DNA of 64,000 nt. It comes from Vitrella brassicaformis CCMP3155. Lineage: Eukaryota > Protista > Chromerida. The DNA lies in NCBI GenBank assembly GCA_001179505.1, contig CDMY01000395.1, positions 248,001 through 312,000 on the forward strand. Direction: 5' to 3'. The position numbers and the translations under genes were made by a program. The notes below the pieces were generated by a model. That model did no database searches. It saw nothing but the letters and a program-made list of their open reading frames with translations, and was not told the DNA's origin. Positions 1 to 12,908 of this stretch are shown here, piece by piece. Positions within the stretch are counted from its first letter, which is position 1. Every line of letters starts with the position of its first letter.

Positions 1-70
1 CACACAACACACCCCACACCAACCAGAATTCTTCTCTCTCTGCAGCATCCATCTGTGAGTACCAACCATG

Positions 71-1260
71 TCATCCCATAGCTGCGCGGCGATCCTTTTC
101 TGCAGCGAGCTGTTGGCCCTGCTCACGCCAAACGACCCCCTCCCCCTTCCCCGAATGCCAGCCCTCCCTCGTATGCTGCTGCCGGTGGCCCTTCTGTCCT
201 CTGACTGAGATGGGGTGGCCGCAGCAGGTGGGGATGCGCTGGGTGGGGTGGGTCTCTCGTTGCTGCGGGTGAGGGGCGGGGGGGTCTCGGGGAGCTGGGA
301 AGGGGTCCGACCGCCGCTCACACTTGTGAGGCTCTGACGACGCATCGCATCCACAGCAAACAAATGAGAAATCACGTCTGTCTGTCTGTCTGTCTGTGTA
401 CTGACGTATCTCACTCATTAGCTAACTGACCGGTCGTTGTCTGGCCGGCGTGGTGGTGGCCGATCTCGTCTTGTCGTTGCTGCTCGCAGTGGCTGACGCC
501 CTCATGTGTGGCGGCACATACTGATCGCTGCTCGACATCGTCCTCCCTATCGACTGCTTCGACGGACTCCTCTCGATGCTCGCCGGTCCATCCTGATCTG
601 GCCTCTCCCTGCTGCTTTGCTGCTGTGCCTGCTGCTGCTTCTCTGCAGCCTTTCTCATGCAGGGCATCATGGCAATGGGCGGTGGCTGCGCAGAGCGGTC
701 CTTGTCGGCAGTGGGGGTGGGGCGGGGAGGGAGGGGGGCCCGCCGGACGGGCGTCTGCGTCTGAGTGGCCCTCGTGTTGGACTCCACGAGATCGTTAAGA
801 GCCGTCTTGATCTCTTCGTGGCGCGCCTGGATGGCCGGCCGCATGGCCATGGGGATGGTCTTGAGTGTGTTCTCCTCCAACAGGGACTCATACAGACGGC
901 ACGCAGCACTGGACACCAAACCAAAGAAGGCGCCAATGGCAGGCAATGTGTTGGCAATGTGGCTCCTGTCTGTGTGTCGGCTTGGCTCGACCCACCCACC
1001 GGTATCGCTCGATGGCTTCCTTGGTGTTGGTGGAGTTGGGTGCGGGCTCTGACTTGCCGGACTTGTCGGCTCCCATGATCTTCTCTGCCCCCTTGACGTG
1101 ATCCTCCGCCTCCCTCTTCACCTCGCGAACTGCACCCACCCACCCAGCAATTAACACACACACACACCACCAACCGTATCGTGTGTGGTGTGGGGATGCC
1201 ATGCGTTGGTCAGGTCAGCGACTCGCTCAGCTCACCGGCAGCGCTGTAGCTGCAGCCCAT
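71..1260 (-). CDS. Hypothetical N-acylated protein with a MIT-like helical bundle and a low-complexity tail; multi-exon, 3' end uncertain
   Basis: The ATG at 1260, spliced by eye over GT-AG introns, reads MGCSYSAAVREVKREAEDHVKGAEKIMG...KEAIERYRAACRLYESLLEE...ARHEEIKTALNDL. MGCxxS fits a myristoylation/palmitoylation start. The downstream P/Q/S-rich exon contains YVPPHMR. Confidence 0.5.
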
Positions 1261-2033
1261 GAAGGATGATACGGGCGAGCGGACACGCGCCTGTGCGCTG
1301 CGCAGGGCGTCCAGAAGCGTCACCGAGGGATACACATACATCTCTGACAATCACTCACAAACAACACAGAAGGCCGACGCTGTGATCAATGTGGTCCTCG
1401 CCTCCCTCCCCTCCCTAGGGAGTGTGTTCTCATGAAAGACGTACATTGGAGCAACTGGAAGGCGGCTCGTTCGAGGGAAAAGGATCCGATTCAGCGGTCG
1501 GTGTTGCCTTGAGTCATCTGACGCCTTCACGAGCAATGGAGCGAGATATGATGGCGCTTGGGGGTTGGCAAAATATCGTCAGGGCGGGGAGGGGAGGGAA
1601 GGGAGAGGGTGTGAAGGAAGAACTCCACACTAGAACTCCACTGAACCTTTGTCCTCGTCAACTGGGGCACAAAGCAACCTCAGCGAAGCACCTGCTTGGG
1701 CTTGCCCAAACGCGAGCTAGGAAGTGCGATCCGCGCTAAGTTGTGTGAGGGATTCCTTCCATGTTCCCCCCCGTTCCTGCGTACCCTCCCAAGAGTGCCA
1801 AACACTCCTGAGGGGAAGGGTTTACAAAAAGGAGCTCATCATCTCAGAGCAATGCATGCAGCTGCAGCCAGCCTCGACATTTCACATCAGGAACTCCTCT
1901 CATGGCGTCTACTCGAGCGCATTGTTTGCCCATCACGGCAATGCCCCGATTGTCCGCTACACTCGACGAGCCGTACGTGAGTCCCATGCTCCATGCAATG
2001 CGCTGACTGCCACACCCCCCTCCCGTCACTATC

Positions 2034-4156
2034 TCACTCGTCATAGCCATACCCACCCCCCTCCCCCTTGTCCCCTTTCTCCCCCCTCCTCTCCGGCGGC
2101 AACCTTATCACCATCCTACCTACCGTCTCGCGTCCCCCACCCACGCGGCGCATCGAAGGCTTCTCGCCAGATGCAGCAGCTGCTGCTGCTGCGTGTTGCG
2201 GCTCTGGCTGTGGTGTGGGCTCTTCGACGGTCGGCAGGGCGGGGAGGGCGGCTGGCGGGGGGAGGGGCTGGGAGGGGAGGCGGTCGGGGAGGGGAGGGGG
2301 GTCGGTGAAGAAGGGGTAGGCCTCCTCCACTTGCGCACCTGAGAAAAGTGCAGACATGTGTTAGTGGTTTGCCGATGGGGTCATCTACCCCTAGGGTCAT
2401 CCACGTGTGGGTGGGTGGGGGCTTACATGTTTGTTCGAGTAGCTGCAGCAGCTGTCCCTCGCTGGCCTCACGGGCCTCACGCTCAGTCTGCACACACACA
2501 CACACACACGGACGCACACGCACTCAGAATGTTGGATGGACACATCAGCGGGTGGATTGGTCAGTTATCGTCAGTGTGTCACCTTCAGGTCGGCCATCAG
2601 AGTGTCGCGCATGCCATTGATGAGCCTGCAGTGAGTGACAAACAGGACTCCTACCTAACTCGGCCTTTTTGCATGTCATCAGTGACTGAGTACTTGAGTG
2701 TGGTGCCACGCAGCTCGCCCAATCCCTGAGGAACACAAAAGCAAAACGCCCGTCACATGCATCGTGGTGGTTTTCGTGGCAGTCGACGGCGACCTTCCGC
2801 GACTCGGTGATCTCGCTCTCTATCTGCTGCAGAGCTGCAGCAAACAAGAATCCGTTTTATGGCCATGCGTTGCGTATATTCCTTCTCCAATGGTGCCCTG
2901 CCCGTGTCGTGTACCTGTCTGCATGCCCTCTACAATGCCCTCCTCCTTCTGCATACTGCAGGCAATGGGGCGAAGGCCAGGCAGCCTTTTCGTCTGCCCC
3001 TCTCGTGGCAAATTTCCCTACCTACCGAGCTATTTTGTCCTTTTCTATCTCCTCAAACAGGTCTGCGAATCGGTTGCCGATCTCCGACCCGTACGCCTCG
3101 TCCGTATCGACGCGCTCTGACGGACGGGTGGCAGGAGAGGGAGAGGCAGACCTGGTGTTTTCGGCTGGCTGCACTGGCATGCCATGCCATGTGTGTGGTC
3201 GGTCGATGTACCTACCTTTAGTGTGTGTCTGGAGGTCTTGGTTGAAGTGGGCGGCGGCCTTGTCTACCTCAGCCGTCACGCGCACCTCCATCTCACGACG
3301 ATCCTGCCGCCCCCCCCACACACATCCGTGCGTCACATCCACACAAACAAAGGCATGCAATCAGATCCAGTGCACCCCATGGGGAGTGAAGTGCACCGAC
3401 CTGCGAGTTGATGTTTGTGTTGAGGTTGATCTGTTGGTCGGCGAGCTGCACCTCCTTGGCCAGCCGGGACACAAACGCATCGCAGTGGAGGGGCAGTGGA
3501 CCCAGACTCGAACAAAGACGACCGTACACGTCCTTTACGTGCTGCACCACACCAACAAACAACAGAGGAAAGGACAATGGATGGATGCGTAGATGGATGC
3601 GTGGAGGTAGAAGGGTGCCTTGATCTTGGTCTCCTGTGCGACTTGCATCCGCGAGATCTTCTCCTCCAGCTGCCGCACACCATTGTCCAAACTCTCACGA
3701 CGCAACTGCATGGCCACATCAACCAAGCCACAGACAGGGCAGGGGGGAAGTCCCCATTTCTTTCTGCCGTTGTCGGCCTCCCCCCCATTGCTCACCCACC
3801 TGTTTATCTTCGCTATGGCTGGTCTGGAGATCCACGAGCCTCTCGGACAGCATCCGCATCCGCGCGGCGGTCGGAGAGGCCGGACGGGCACTCGACACAG
3901 ATGCTGCGCAGATCCCACCACAGATGGTGAGAACCAAAAGACGATATGGCGGCTATCGTTTCGGCTTACGGGAGAAACCCGATGGCGGCTTCCCAGCACC
4001 CTTCATCCGCAATCCCAGTCCGCTTTCTTCTCGACGGTCGACCTTAATCATCCGTTTAACCAATGTCTTGCTTCGCGTCATGAACTTGGACACAGGACAA
4101 CCTGCCTTTGTGCGGCGCGTCCGTGTCTCTTCGACAGATTCACACCCATTCATCAC
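2034..4156 (-). CDS. Hypothetical coiled-coil protein, multi-exon
   Basis: Successive minus-strand exons with heptad-like helices (LRRESLDNGVRQLEEKISRMQVAQE; LAKEVQLADQQINLN; ALQQIESEITESRK) are separated by GT-AG introns with CA/GT repeats. The C-terminal exon is proline-rich. Confidence 0.5.
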
Positions 4157-4643
4157 ACAGACTGAGTCCTTTCAATGTTTGTGCACGCGCAGACACTCAG
4201 GGGTTTCTCTCCATGTGTGATGTCTCCCACGGTGGCACCAGTCCCGCTGCGAGAGAACTTGTGCAGACGGCCGGCAATGGTCATCTGCACAAGTTCAACC
4301 CCAGCGCGACACGTCACACACGGGGCGAGCCACACCGAGATGCAATCCAAAGCATCAGTCACAGCTGAGTGTCCCTCTCTTCAGCCCATCCATCTCGACT
4401 GCTGTGCATGGAGTGGGTCCCCTGTAGGGCAGCAACCTCGTAGGTGGCGGCGAACACCTCTGTTCCGGTGCCCGCCGCTGCCTACGAAGCTCCACGTCAA
4501 CAAGGAACCGCCACGCCATTGCATTGACCACCACCACAAACAAAAGCAGTCGAGACGCACAGCACAATCAGCAACGGAAAACTGCCCCCATCCATCCGTC
4601 CATCCATCCATCCATCCATGGGTGTGTACACGCATCGCATATA

Positions 4644-6786
4644 TCAGTTGCATTGGCCCTCGTTGGCCCCGCTGCTGCTGCCGGAGGAGGCCGACGGCTG
4701 GCCGGTGTTCTGTTGGAATGATATGTTGTATCCGCCGGTCTCTGGGTTCTGCTCCATCTTGAAGTTGTCCAGGGACAGGCCGATCTTGCCCAGGAAAAAG
4801 TTGCCTGATTGTTGACGATAGGGAGGGAAGGAGGGAGGGAAAAGAGCGTGTGTGTGGGGGGGGGATGCGCGTGTGTGGCCGCGGGAGTGCCTGCCGTATG
4901 TTACCCAGGTCTTTGAGTTTGCCGACCACCTCCTCTTTGTCCTTCTCGAACTGCTCCTTGGCTAAACAAAGAGAGAGATCCGACGTATGTTTATGTGTGT
5001 GTGTTATCGTCAGTCATGTCAGTCATGTGTGTGTCCGCCGGCCTGGCGCACCTCTCGTCTCGAGTCGAGCCAGCGGGCCGGCAAGCCTGCTCCTGCACCC
5101 ACACACGCACACACATAGAGGGTGCACCTCGGTAGGTGTGTGAGGTGCACCTCCCTCCCTCTCTCTCTCCCAGCTCTCCCAGCTCTCTGCCTGGCTGACC
5201 TTTGTGAAGGGTCCAGCTCGACGACCTTCTGCATGTCGGTGAGGGCGTCGTGCCACCGCTCCAGCTTCTCATACGCACTGCAACGACGCATAAACGCCTG
5301 ACAGACAGGGAGCGATACCAACAGGGGGGCGGGGGGGACATACCACACGGATGTATCGGCTGTCACGTTGATTCCGGTAACGTGATACACACACGTGTAC
5401 CTTGACGTAGGTGGTGTCGCTGGCGATGGCGTCGCTGCAGTCGGCCGCCACCAGGTCGTACTTCTCCAGCTGCATGTGACACGCCGCCCTGCACACAATC
5501 ACACACACACACACGCACACACATACAGGTACACTCAGAGATCTGTGACCTGCAGTGCGGTACGTGCGGACCTGTTTGCAAATATAATAGCCTTGAGCTT
5601 GGCCTGATCCGGCGGACACAAGTAGAGGGCCTCTGCAGTGCACACATCCACACACACAGAGGTGTGCTGTGCCGACCGACATACGCCACGCCCAGCCACC
5701 GCCCCTCTGACCGACCTGTGTATATGTCGATGGCCTCCTCGAACTGTCCGTCCTTGTACCAGTCGTTGCCCTCCTTCTTGAGGCTCTCGCACTTCTCGAG
5801 GTCATAGTGATCCTCTTCTTCCTCCTCCCCACCACCACCACCACTAGCAGCATGATCGCCCTCGCCGTCGGCATCGGCATAGGGATCGGCGTGCTGCTCC
5901 ACTTCACCTCCACCATCAGCGTCAGCCTCACCCTCACCATCATCGCTCTCACCGGCCTCAGCGATCACCGGCGCCTCGTCCCCCTCGCCGTCATGCTCAT
6001 CTTCACACTCCTCCGCATTCTCGTAGTACCTGGCGTGGTCCTGCCGTTGCTCTGTCGTGTCATCAACAGTCGGAGCCGGCTCATGATCTCTTGCCTCGTC
6101 TCGGTGGCGACCGTCGAGCATCGGCCCATTCACGGTAGTGGTGCCGACGGGCTCCGCCGTGTGACTGGTGTCATCTTGCTTCTCAGCCGCTCCACGCTCC
6201 TCCATTGCTTGCTGCTCCTGCTGCTTGTGTCGCCCATTCTGCACGCGATAAGCCGGCTGCCTGAGGTCTTCAGTGAAGGGGTCCCGGGCGGCGAACAGAC
6301 CGGTCACGCTGCCAGTCCTCACGGCGGGGGCAGGCTTGGTGCTGTCGGCACACTGCTCCCCGTCATCACCGTCGTCATCGTACAGGTCGGCTCCTTCCAC
6401 CACACCACCTGTGGGTGCCGCTCTTGGTGCTGGTGGATGAGAAGGAGGAGAGGGAGAGGGGGCGGGGGCGGCCTCCTCGGTGGGGGTGTCTTTGACAGGG
6501 ACGAAGCGGCACACCCCTCCCTCGCACACAACGCCTGAACACACACACGACACAGGAGCCAGCCAGAGAGAGCATTGCATGCACCTTCACCCGAAGCAGT
6601 GATGGTGTGCGGACCTGGTGGCATGCCCGAGTCCGTGCTCTGGTTGGCAGCGACCACACTCGTCTCGACACGCTTGTCGTCCTTGTCTTGCTGCTGCTGT
6701 GCGGGCCGCTGAGGACCGAGATATCGCCAGAGGAAGATCAAGGCAATCAACGCAGCCAACACAACGGTGCCAAGGACAATCCACAT
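4644..6786 (-). CDS. TTC1: TTC1-like tetratricopeptide-repeat co-chaperone with an N-terminal transmembrane segment and a long acidic linker
   Basis: Three TPRs (LKKEGNDWYKDGQFEEAIDIYT; IIFANRSA...CHMQLEKYDLVAADCSDAI; AFMRRCSAYEKLERWHDALTDMQKVVELDP) are followed by the TTC1-type C-terminus KEEVVGKLKDLGN...FLGKIGLSLDNFKMEQNPETGGYNISFQQ, with TGA at 4644-4646. The N-terminus reads MWIVLGTVVLAALIALIFLWRYL. Confidence 0.85.
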
Positions 6787-7233
6787 CTTCGCTGCCTTCC
6801 AAACGCTTTCCTTTTCTTCTTTCCTCTCCCTCCTCTGCGAGCTTGTCGATCTTGCAAGGAAGAAAAACCGGTCGGAAGGAGAGAAGCAGACGATACCATT
6901 TGCACACAGACCCTCCGCAGCAAGGGTTCCCCAAAAGATGGCTCTCGTCGTCATCGTTCGATCTTGATAAAGCTGTTTTTCGCAGCACAGCTCATGCAGC
7001 GGCGCGATTTCCCCTCCAGAGTGCTCATTGACACCCTCTAAGCGGTGTGTAATCGCCGTTTGCCCAATTCTCGACCTCTGCTCGGACTTCTCCATCAGCC
7101 GGATCGACCTGCCCTCTCTGGCGCTACTCATTGCTAAAGGGGCGGATTGGTCGGTCCTGAAGGGCGCGGCGTGGTGTGTTTGGTGGTGAGGCGGCGTTGG
7201 ATCGTGTGATCTTGAGTCGGGTCGTTGGTGAGG

Positions 7234-10200
7234 ATGTCGGTCGTTCAGAAGGACCGTAAGAAGAACTATGGGTCGGCCTTCTTCGAGCGCGAGACCCTCA
7301 TATTCACATCGGTGGAGCAGATGGAAGCCGCCGGCAAGGTCAGACAAGAAGCATGCACGCAACGGCTGGTTGGTTCAAGTGGGGGATGTGTGTGTGGGAA
7401 ATGTGTGTGTGTGTGTGTGACTTGGTTGGCTGGCTGCAGAGGAACCACAACAACTTGTCGTTGTGCAAGATGCTGCGCGAGGAGCTCTGCAGCAGCCCCA
7501 AGTACAAAGTCAGGAGATCAGACATCGCCGTCCCTACCGCAAGTGAGTCGATTGATGAATGAACGCACTCACTGACCACACACACACACAGGGACCCATG
7601 ATACACCCACCTCTTCCATGTGTTTTGTGCTGTGTGGTTTCAGAGATCGAGGAGTGCGTCGATGTCGTCAACACGGAGCGCAAGTTCGACCGGCCCCCAC
7701 ACTACATCAGATTCGCCTCCAGAAAAGACTTGTAAGCAAGAACTACTCACACCCTCCACACAGACACTTGCGCCACCCCTCCCTGGCTCCCTGTCAGTGT
7801 GCCGTCTCTCATATGCGACAACGGCGAGTCGGCCGACCCTCCCGACCACCAGCAGCACCAGCACCAACAAGCCAACCCTGCCATGTCGTCCGTGTCGCTG
7901 CCCAGCCGACACCACCGCGGCAAGGCCACCGACGAGTACCTGGGTCGTGGGTACGGGACAGGGGGCCGCGGGGACGACCCTTTGTACTTGGTGCATGGTC
8001 GGGGCATCCACGTGTTCTACGACATGACTGTGGCTGACATGGAGTGGCTCAAGCAGTACAACAGTGGGGCCGCACCGGAGGACCAGCTCAAGGAGGTGCG
8101 TGGGGAGGAGGAGAGGAAAGGAGTGGCGGGGAGGGGGGAGAGGGGATGCCGACTGTTGGTCTGTGTGACTGCAGGACGACTTTGCGTGGATGATGCACAG
8201 CTTGGAGTGGGAGCACCAGTACAACCCCACGCAGCCGCCAGAATGTCAGCAACCAACGACACACATTCACGACAGACAGACAGAAATGGGAGAAAGTATC
8301 TGTCTGTCTCTGTGTCTGTCGTCATGTCACCTGTCTGTGTGCAGCGTTGTCGAATGAGTGGGGTGTGTCCCAGCTGACTCAGCTCAACCGCTCCAGGGAC
8401 CAGGCCAGGCACCTCAAGCCACACGTGTGTGTGCTCGTCTTCAAGGTCAGTCCAAATGCAACTCAGGGGGGCCCACCCACACCTCTCTCTCTCTATGTGC
8501 GTGTGTGTGTGCAGCATTGGCAGAAGCGTCGTCAAGAGGCGGGCAAGCCGCTGGTCCGCGCCTTCTGGCAAAACGCACCACCCGACTCCAGGGACCCAAT
8601 GGCGGTACGCACACCGTACTGCAGACACACATGCACAAATGTCGATCTGTGGATGGATGGATGGATGTGTGTGTGTCTGCAGGTGTTTCGCCCCCGTAAG
8701 ACGGAGAAGATGCAGCTGAGGGGCCGCAAACGGACATTGCAGGTGGGAACAGGAAGGGAGGGTCAGAGATGGCATAGAGACGCGCAGAGAGTGTGGTGTG
8801 TTGGGTGAATGTCGGTCCAGGATTGCCTGGCCCGCTGTGAGCAGCTGGCGGACCACTTCACCAAGGTGCGTGTCGCACAAAGACATACACAAGTTCATCG
8901 ATGCCTCATGTGTGTTGGCTGCGCTTTGATATGTGCAGGTCGAGAAGATATTCCGCCGGCTGCGTCAGCGTGAGGACAAGAAGATCATGCTGGCCGACCT
9001 CAACAACTGCCTCTTCGACCAACAGTGGTAAGGAAGGGCTCACGCGCACGCCACACCGAGAAGCATGCCAATGTCTGTCTGATTGTGTGTTTGTGTTTGT
9101 GTGTGCTTCATTCAGCAAGGAGATGCTGCTTGACGACATGTCATACGAGTCGGCGGACTTCCCCAGGATCAGGGACCAGATCAAGAGCGCCAAAGCCAAG
9201 AAAAACAAACACAAGTATGTTCGTTCATCGGTCCCTCCCTCCCTCTGCACATCACACAGACACGTTGGTCAACGGCTGCGGCCATGCGTGTGTGTCGTCA
9301 GGTTGGGCCCTCAGTACGTCGTCCCTGGCACCGGCCCCAGCCCCCATATGCACGGCCTGGGCACTCCCTCCTCCCTCCCATATGAAGATCTGCTCAGAGC
9401 TGGTTGGTACCACACACAACACACACGCACACTACACACACACACATGCATTCTCAAATGACTGACTATGTGTGGCGTCACGTCACTGTCACGTACAGGA
9501 GGTCCTATGGGCAGCTTCTCCCAGATGGACAGCTCCCTCATGCTCATGGACATGGAGCACCCGGCCGCAGCCAACGACGAGGAACGGCCATTCATGGCCA
9601 ACGAGGTCAGCCAGCCACCAGAGAAGGAGCGGATGACACCAGTGACATCAATCACATCACATCACACTGCCGTCCATTGTGTGCGTGTGTGCAGTACGAC
9701 GCTGTGTACGGCGGCCGCCCGTCTGAGGCCCTCATGAGACCCAACCAGCGCACTCGGCTGAGAAGAGGTCAGTCACAGCCACACACGCCAAACCCATGTG
9801 TGTGTGTGTGTGGGTGCATGTGTGGATGTGTCTGTGCGTGTGTTTCCCAGGTCGCGGGGGTCGCTGGTGGATCGACTGCTCCGCCCGGTGGTACCCATAC
9901 GCCTCTCAGCTTGCCCCTGCAGGCGCCTACACAGAGGCCAAACGGCGCACACACAGACGGGGCTCCGACTCGCTGCTCAACTACGGCTACCAGCACCTGC
10001 CCAAGAGCGTCCGCGGCCCATACGCCGGTGCGCGCCACCGGCAGCTCTCCCCGATGCCCCTCATCAACAACTTCCAGCCCTTCGAGCCGGCGCGTGAGGT
10101 GCCGGACAGCGTGGGCGGGCTGGTGATGAGTGGCGGCGCTGTGTCGCCATTCGAGCCTACATTCGCCACGCCATCTGACTGGGGCAATGTCGACACCAAT

Positions 10201-10634
10201 GGTACGTACGGATGCCTGGCAATGGGGAATACAGACAGACCTTCTATGTCACTTTGTCTCTCTCTAAATGTCTGTTGTCTGTGTGTCAGGTTCTTCGTTG
10301 AGTGAGGACGGTGCGCGCGAGTGTGTGCGTCTGGAGCGGATCATGGCGTTGGGTCTGGAGGAGGACACCCGCCCCTTACCGCCGCCCACCGACCCCAACA
10401 AGGACCCACTCAGCAGCAGAGAGAGGGCCGTCGTCGAAGGCCTCAAAAACGACGCCAAGAACGTCTATCGGGTACGTCCGTCCACACACACACTCACACA
10501 TCTACATGCACATTGGCATTGGTGATGTATCTGCTGGTGTGCGTTGTGTGCTGTGTCTGCAGGACATGTGTGTGCCGCCGACATTGGAGGTGAGGCCGCC
10601 GCGGGTCGCCACGCCAAGGGGGATGCCCACATAG
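7234..10634 (+). CDS. EPC1: Enhancer of Polycomb-like protein (NuA4/TIP60 subunit EPC/Epl1)
   Basis: Exons encode FYDMTVADMEWL, HWQKRRQEAGKPLVRAFW, VFRPRKTEKMQLRGRKR and RLRRG|RGGRWWID, matching conserved EPC/Epl1 motifs as recalled. About 14 GT-AG introns. Confidence 0.8.
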
Positions 10635-11005
10635 CTGTCTTAGAAAGATAGAGCCAGGAAGCCTGGCTGCTGCTGTGCCATCTAGCGAGGGAGGGAGCAG
10701 ACAGACAGACATTTAGAGGAGGGGTCGTGTGTGAGCAGGGTGGCAGGGACGACGCCACTGCTGCTGTAATCAATGGGAGGGAGGGGGAGGGACAAACAAA
10801 CTCGAGACATGCAGTTTCGTCGTGATCAGCGCCGAGGCATCGCATTCCGTTTACATTTTGGCTCAGATAATGGAGAATCTTTTCCAACGCGACAAATCCT
10901 TTTCTTTTTCCCTCAATTTCCCATTTCGGAACAAAGTGAGTTGTCTGCAGAGCGAGAGACGCCCTTTGCGACCAACACTTGCAGAGAGCCGACACTCGTC
11001 TACCA

Positions 11006-11761
11006 CGCTGCTGGCCCTGAGCGGCGCCGACAAGAGCAACCGCTTCGAGGCCCTTCCCCTGGCCCACCTCGTGACGGCGTTGGTGAAGATGCTGATGGTG
11101 TTGACGGCCTCTATGGGTTTCGGGGCGATGCTGCAGATCCCGCTCCCGGAGCTGACACAGGGGGCGACGGCCACACTGACCGCTGCTGCCTTTATCATGC
11201 AGATGAAGCGGCTGACGAAGCGGCTCTTCGTCCTGGAAAATGCCGGCGGCAGCGTATCTGGCGATGCCCGAGGCTCAGCGGCAGTGGGTGCTGCTGAGCA
11301 AGGAGCGGACCATCATCAGACAGCTGACGGGCCAGCCCTTCCCGCTGGTGAACCAGTTCGGCATGATTGTCTCGTGGACGGATATCTTCTACCGATACCT
11401 GCCGGTGGTGCTGGAGAGCGCCACGGCCCTCTTCGGCACTGAGGCGTTCGACGCTGCAAACCCCGCCACCCTGCTGCAGCCGCCGCGCAGCCCCTTCAGC
11501 TGCGACGATGTGTACCGGACGTACACCTGCCTGATCGCCCAACAGCTGATCATGTGGGCCGTCAGCAGACACACGGGGCTGAACCGCATCCGGACGTGGT
11601 TGTCGACCAAGCACCCGGTCTCGTCCGCCGCTCGCCGAGCGCACGAACTGGTGATGCGCCTGGCCGCCAACCTGACGGATGACACCAATGGGATGGGCGT
11701 GGAGCATGTGTTTGACACGGCACAGGGGGAAGGGCTGACGCGGCGCCGCTATCTGGTGCTC
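11006..11761 (+). pseudogene. Doubly truncated copy of the family-B gene at 34127-35407, with a frameshifting 104-bp internal deletion
   Basis: Near-identical to the reverse complement of ~34307-35166 (LLALSGADKSNRF...RRRYLVL). The segment matching 34817-34920 is missing, which switches the frame between ORFs 10822..11442 and 11240..11923. Both ends run into unrelated sequence. Confidence 0.85.
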
Positions 11762-12908
11762 GGGGAGCGGAGGGCATTGACGGATGAATTGGATGAGCTG
11801 CGTCTCTTTCGCTTGTTCGGTGTGTCCGGCCTTCTCCTTGGATTGATGTTGGTGGAGGTGTGGGCGGGGTGTGTGCAGCGAGGTTTTCCAGCGTACATGG
11901 GTGGCTGGCTGGCTGCAGCTTAGATGGAATCGCTACCTACATTTCATATTCGTCGGTACACACTTGTTTTGTTTCGATGTACCATTCTCTTTGCGGATGT
12001 AGCGGTGGGAGAAACAATTCATTGTGATGATGTTGTGATGATAATGAATGCACGTGCCGACCATCCATCCATTCATCGATTCACCACGTGTCTCTCCCCA
12101 TCTCATGGGTCCGTCCATTCATTGTCGATTCATACTGCTTTCATTGTGTGATCACATACTGCATACATCTATTCTTGGGCTTCGCTGCTTTCTTTGCAGT
12201 GACTGGACAAACAAGGACCGGCTAAGCGCCGGCTTAGCCGCACCTAAAGCCTCACTCAAAGCCCTCTGCCCTAGTTCAAGACTGCACGAAGCCACTCACC
12301 ACCTTCATACTGACTCTGCAGACAACCACCGGGCTAGCAGCAACAAGAACAGAGCAAAGACAAGCCATTCACTGCTGCACCAACCATTCATTCGGCAAAA
12401 CGATTCCCAGTTATATCACTGGCGGCCTATGCGTGTGGTGTAGCTTGTCCCTGTCCGTGACGCCACACATCAATGCACCACGCAACTGCACACCCTAATG
12501 TGTGTGTGTCCCTTTCTGTGTGTGCATACCCACTACCTAAAGGGTGGGTGGGTTTGGGGGGACGGGGGACATGTCAGAGGTGGACGAGTAGAGTGAGCGA
12601 AGCGGTAGACGCTGTGCATGCGTGTGTGTGTCTGTGTGTGCATGGCACACGAGACACAGCTTGAATGCTAACTAACATGGTGTGCAACGAGTCAGAGTCT
12701 CGAGGCTTGTCCACCCATACACACACACTCGTGTTCTCATTCATCCACAGTACGCTACGCTACAGTCACATTGAACGGCCCTCTCCTCAACACATGCAGC
12801 TTGTCAGCACAACTGCATAATACAAAACAGACACGTCTGTATCCACATTCACAAACACACACGCGCATCATCATCCCATTACGTGTGTGGCCCTCTCACC
12901 TTCATGGT

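Noticed and set aside
1696-1980. ORF with LLSWRLL...CPSRQCPDC resembling a transposase zinc finger
   Set aside because: Short, no DDE domain, no terminal inverted repeats; insufficient support.
5807-6538. 243-aa very hydrophobic plus-strand ORF resembling a membrane protein
   Set aside because: It is the antisense shadow of the acidic (GAR/GAY-rich) TTC1 linker exon.
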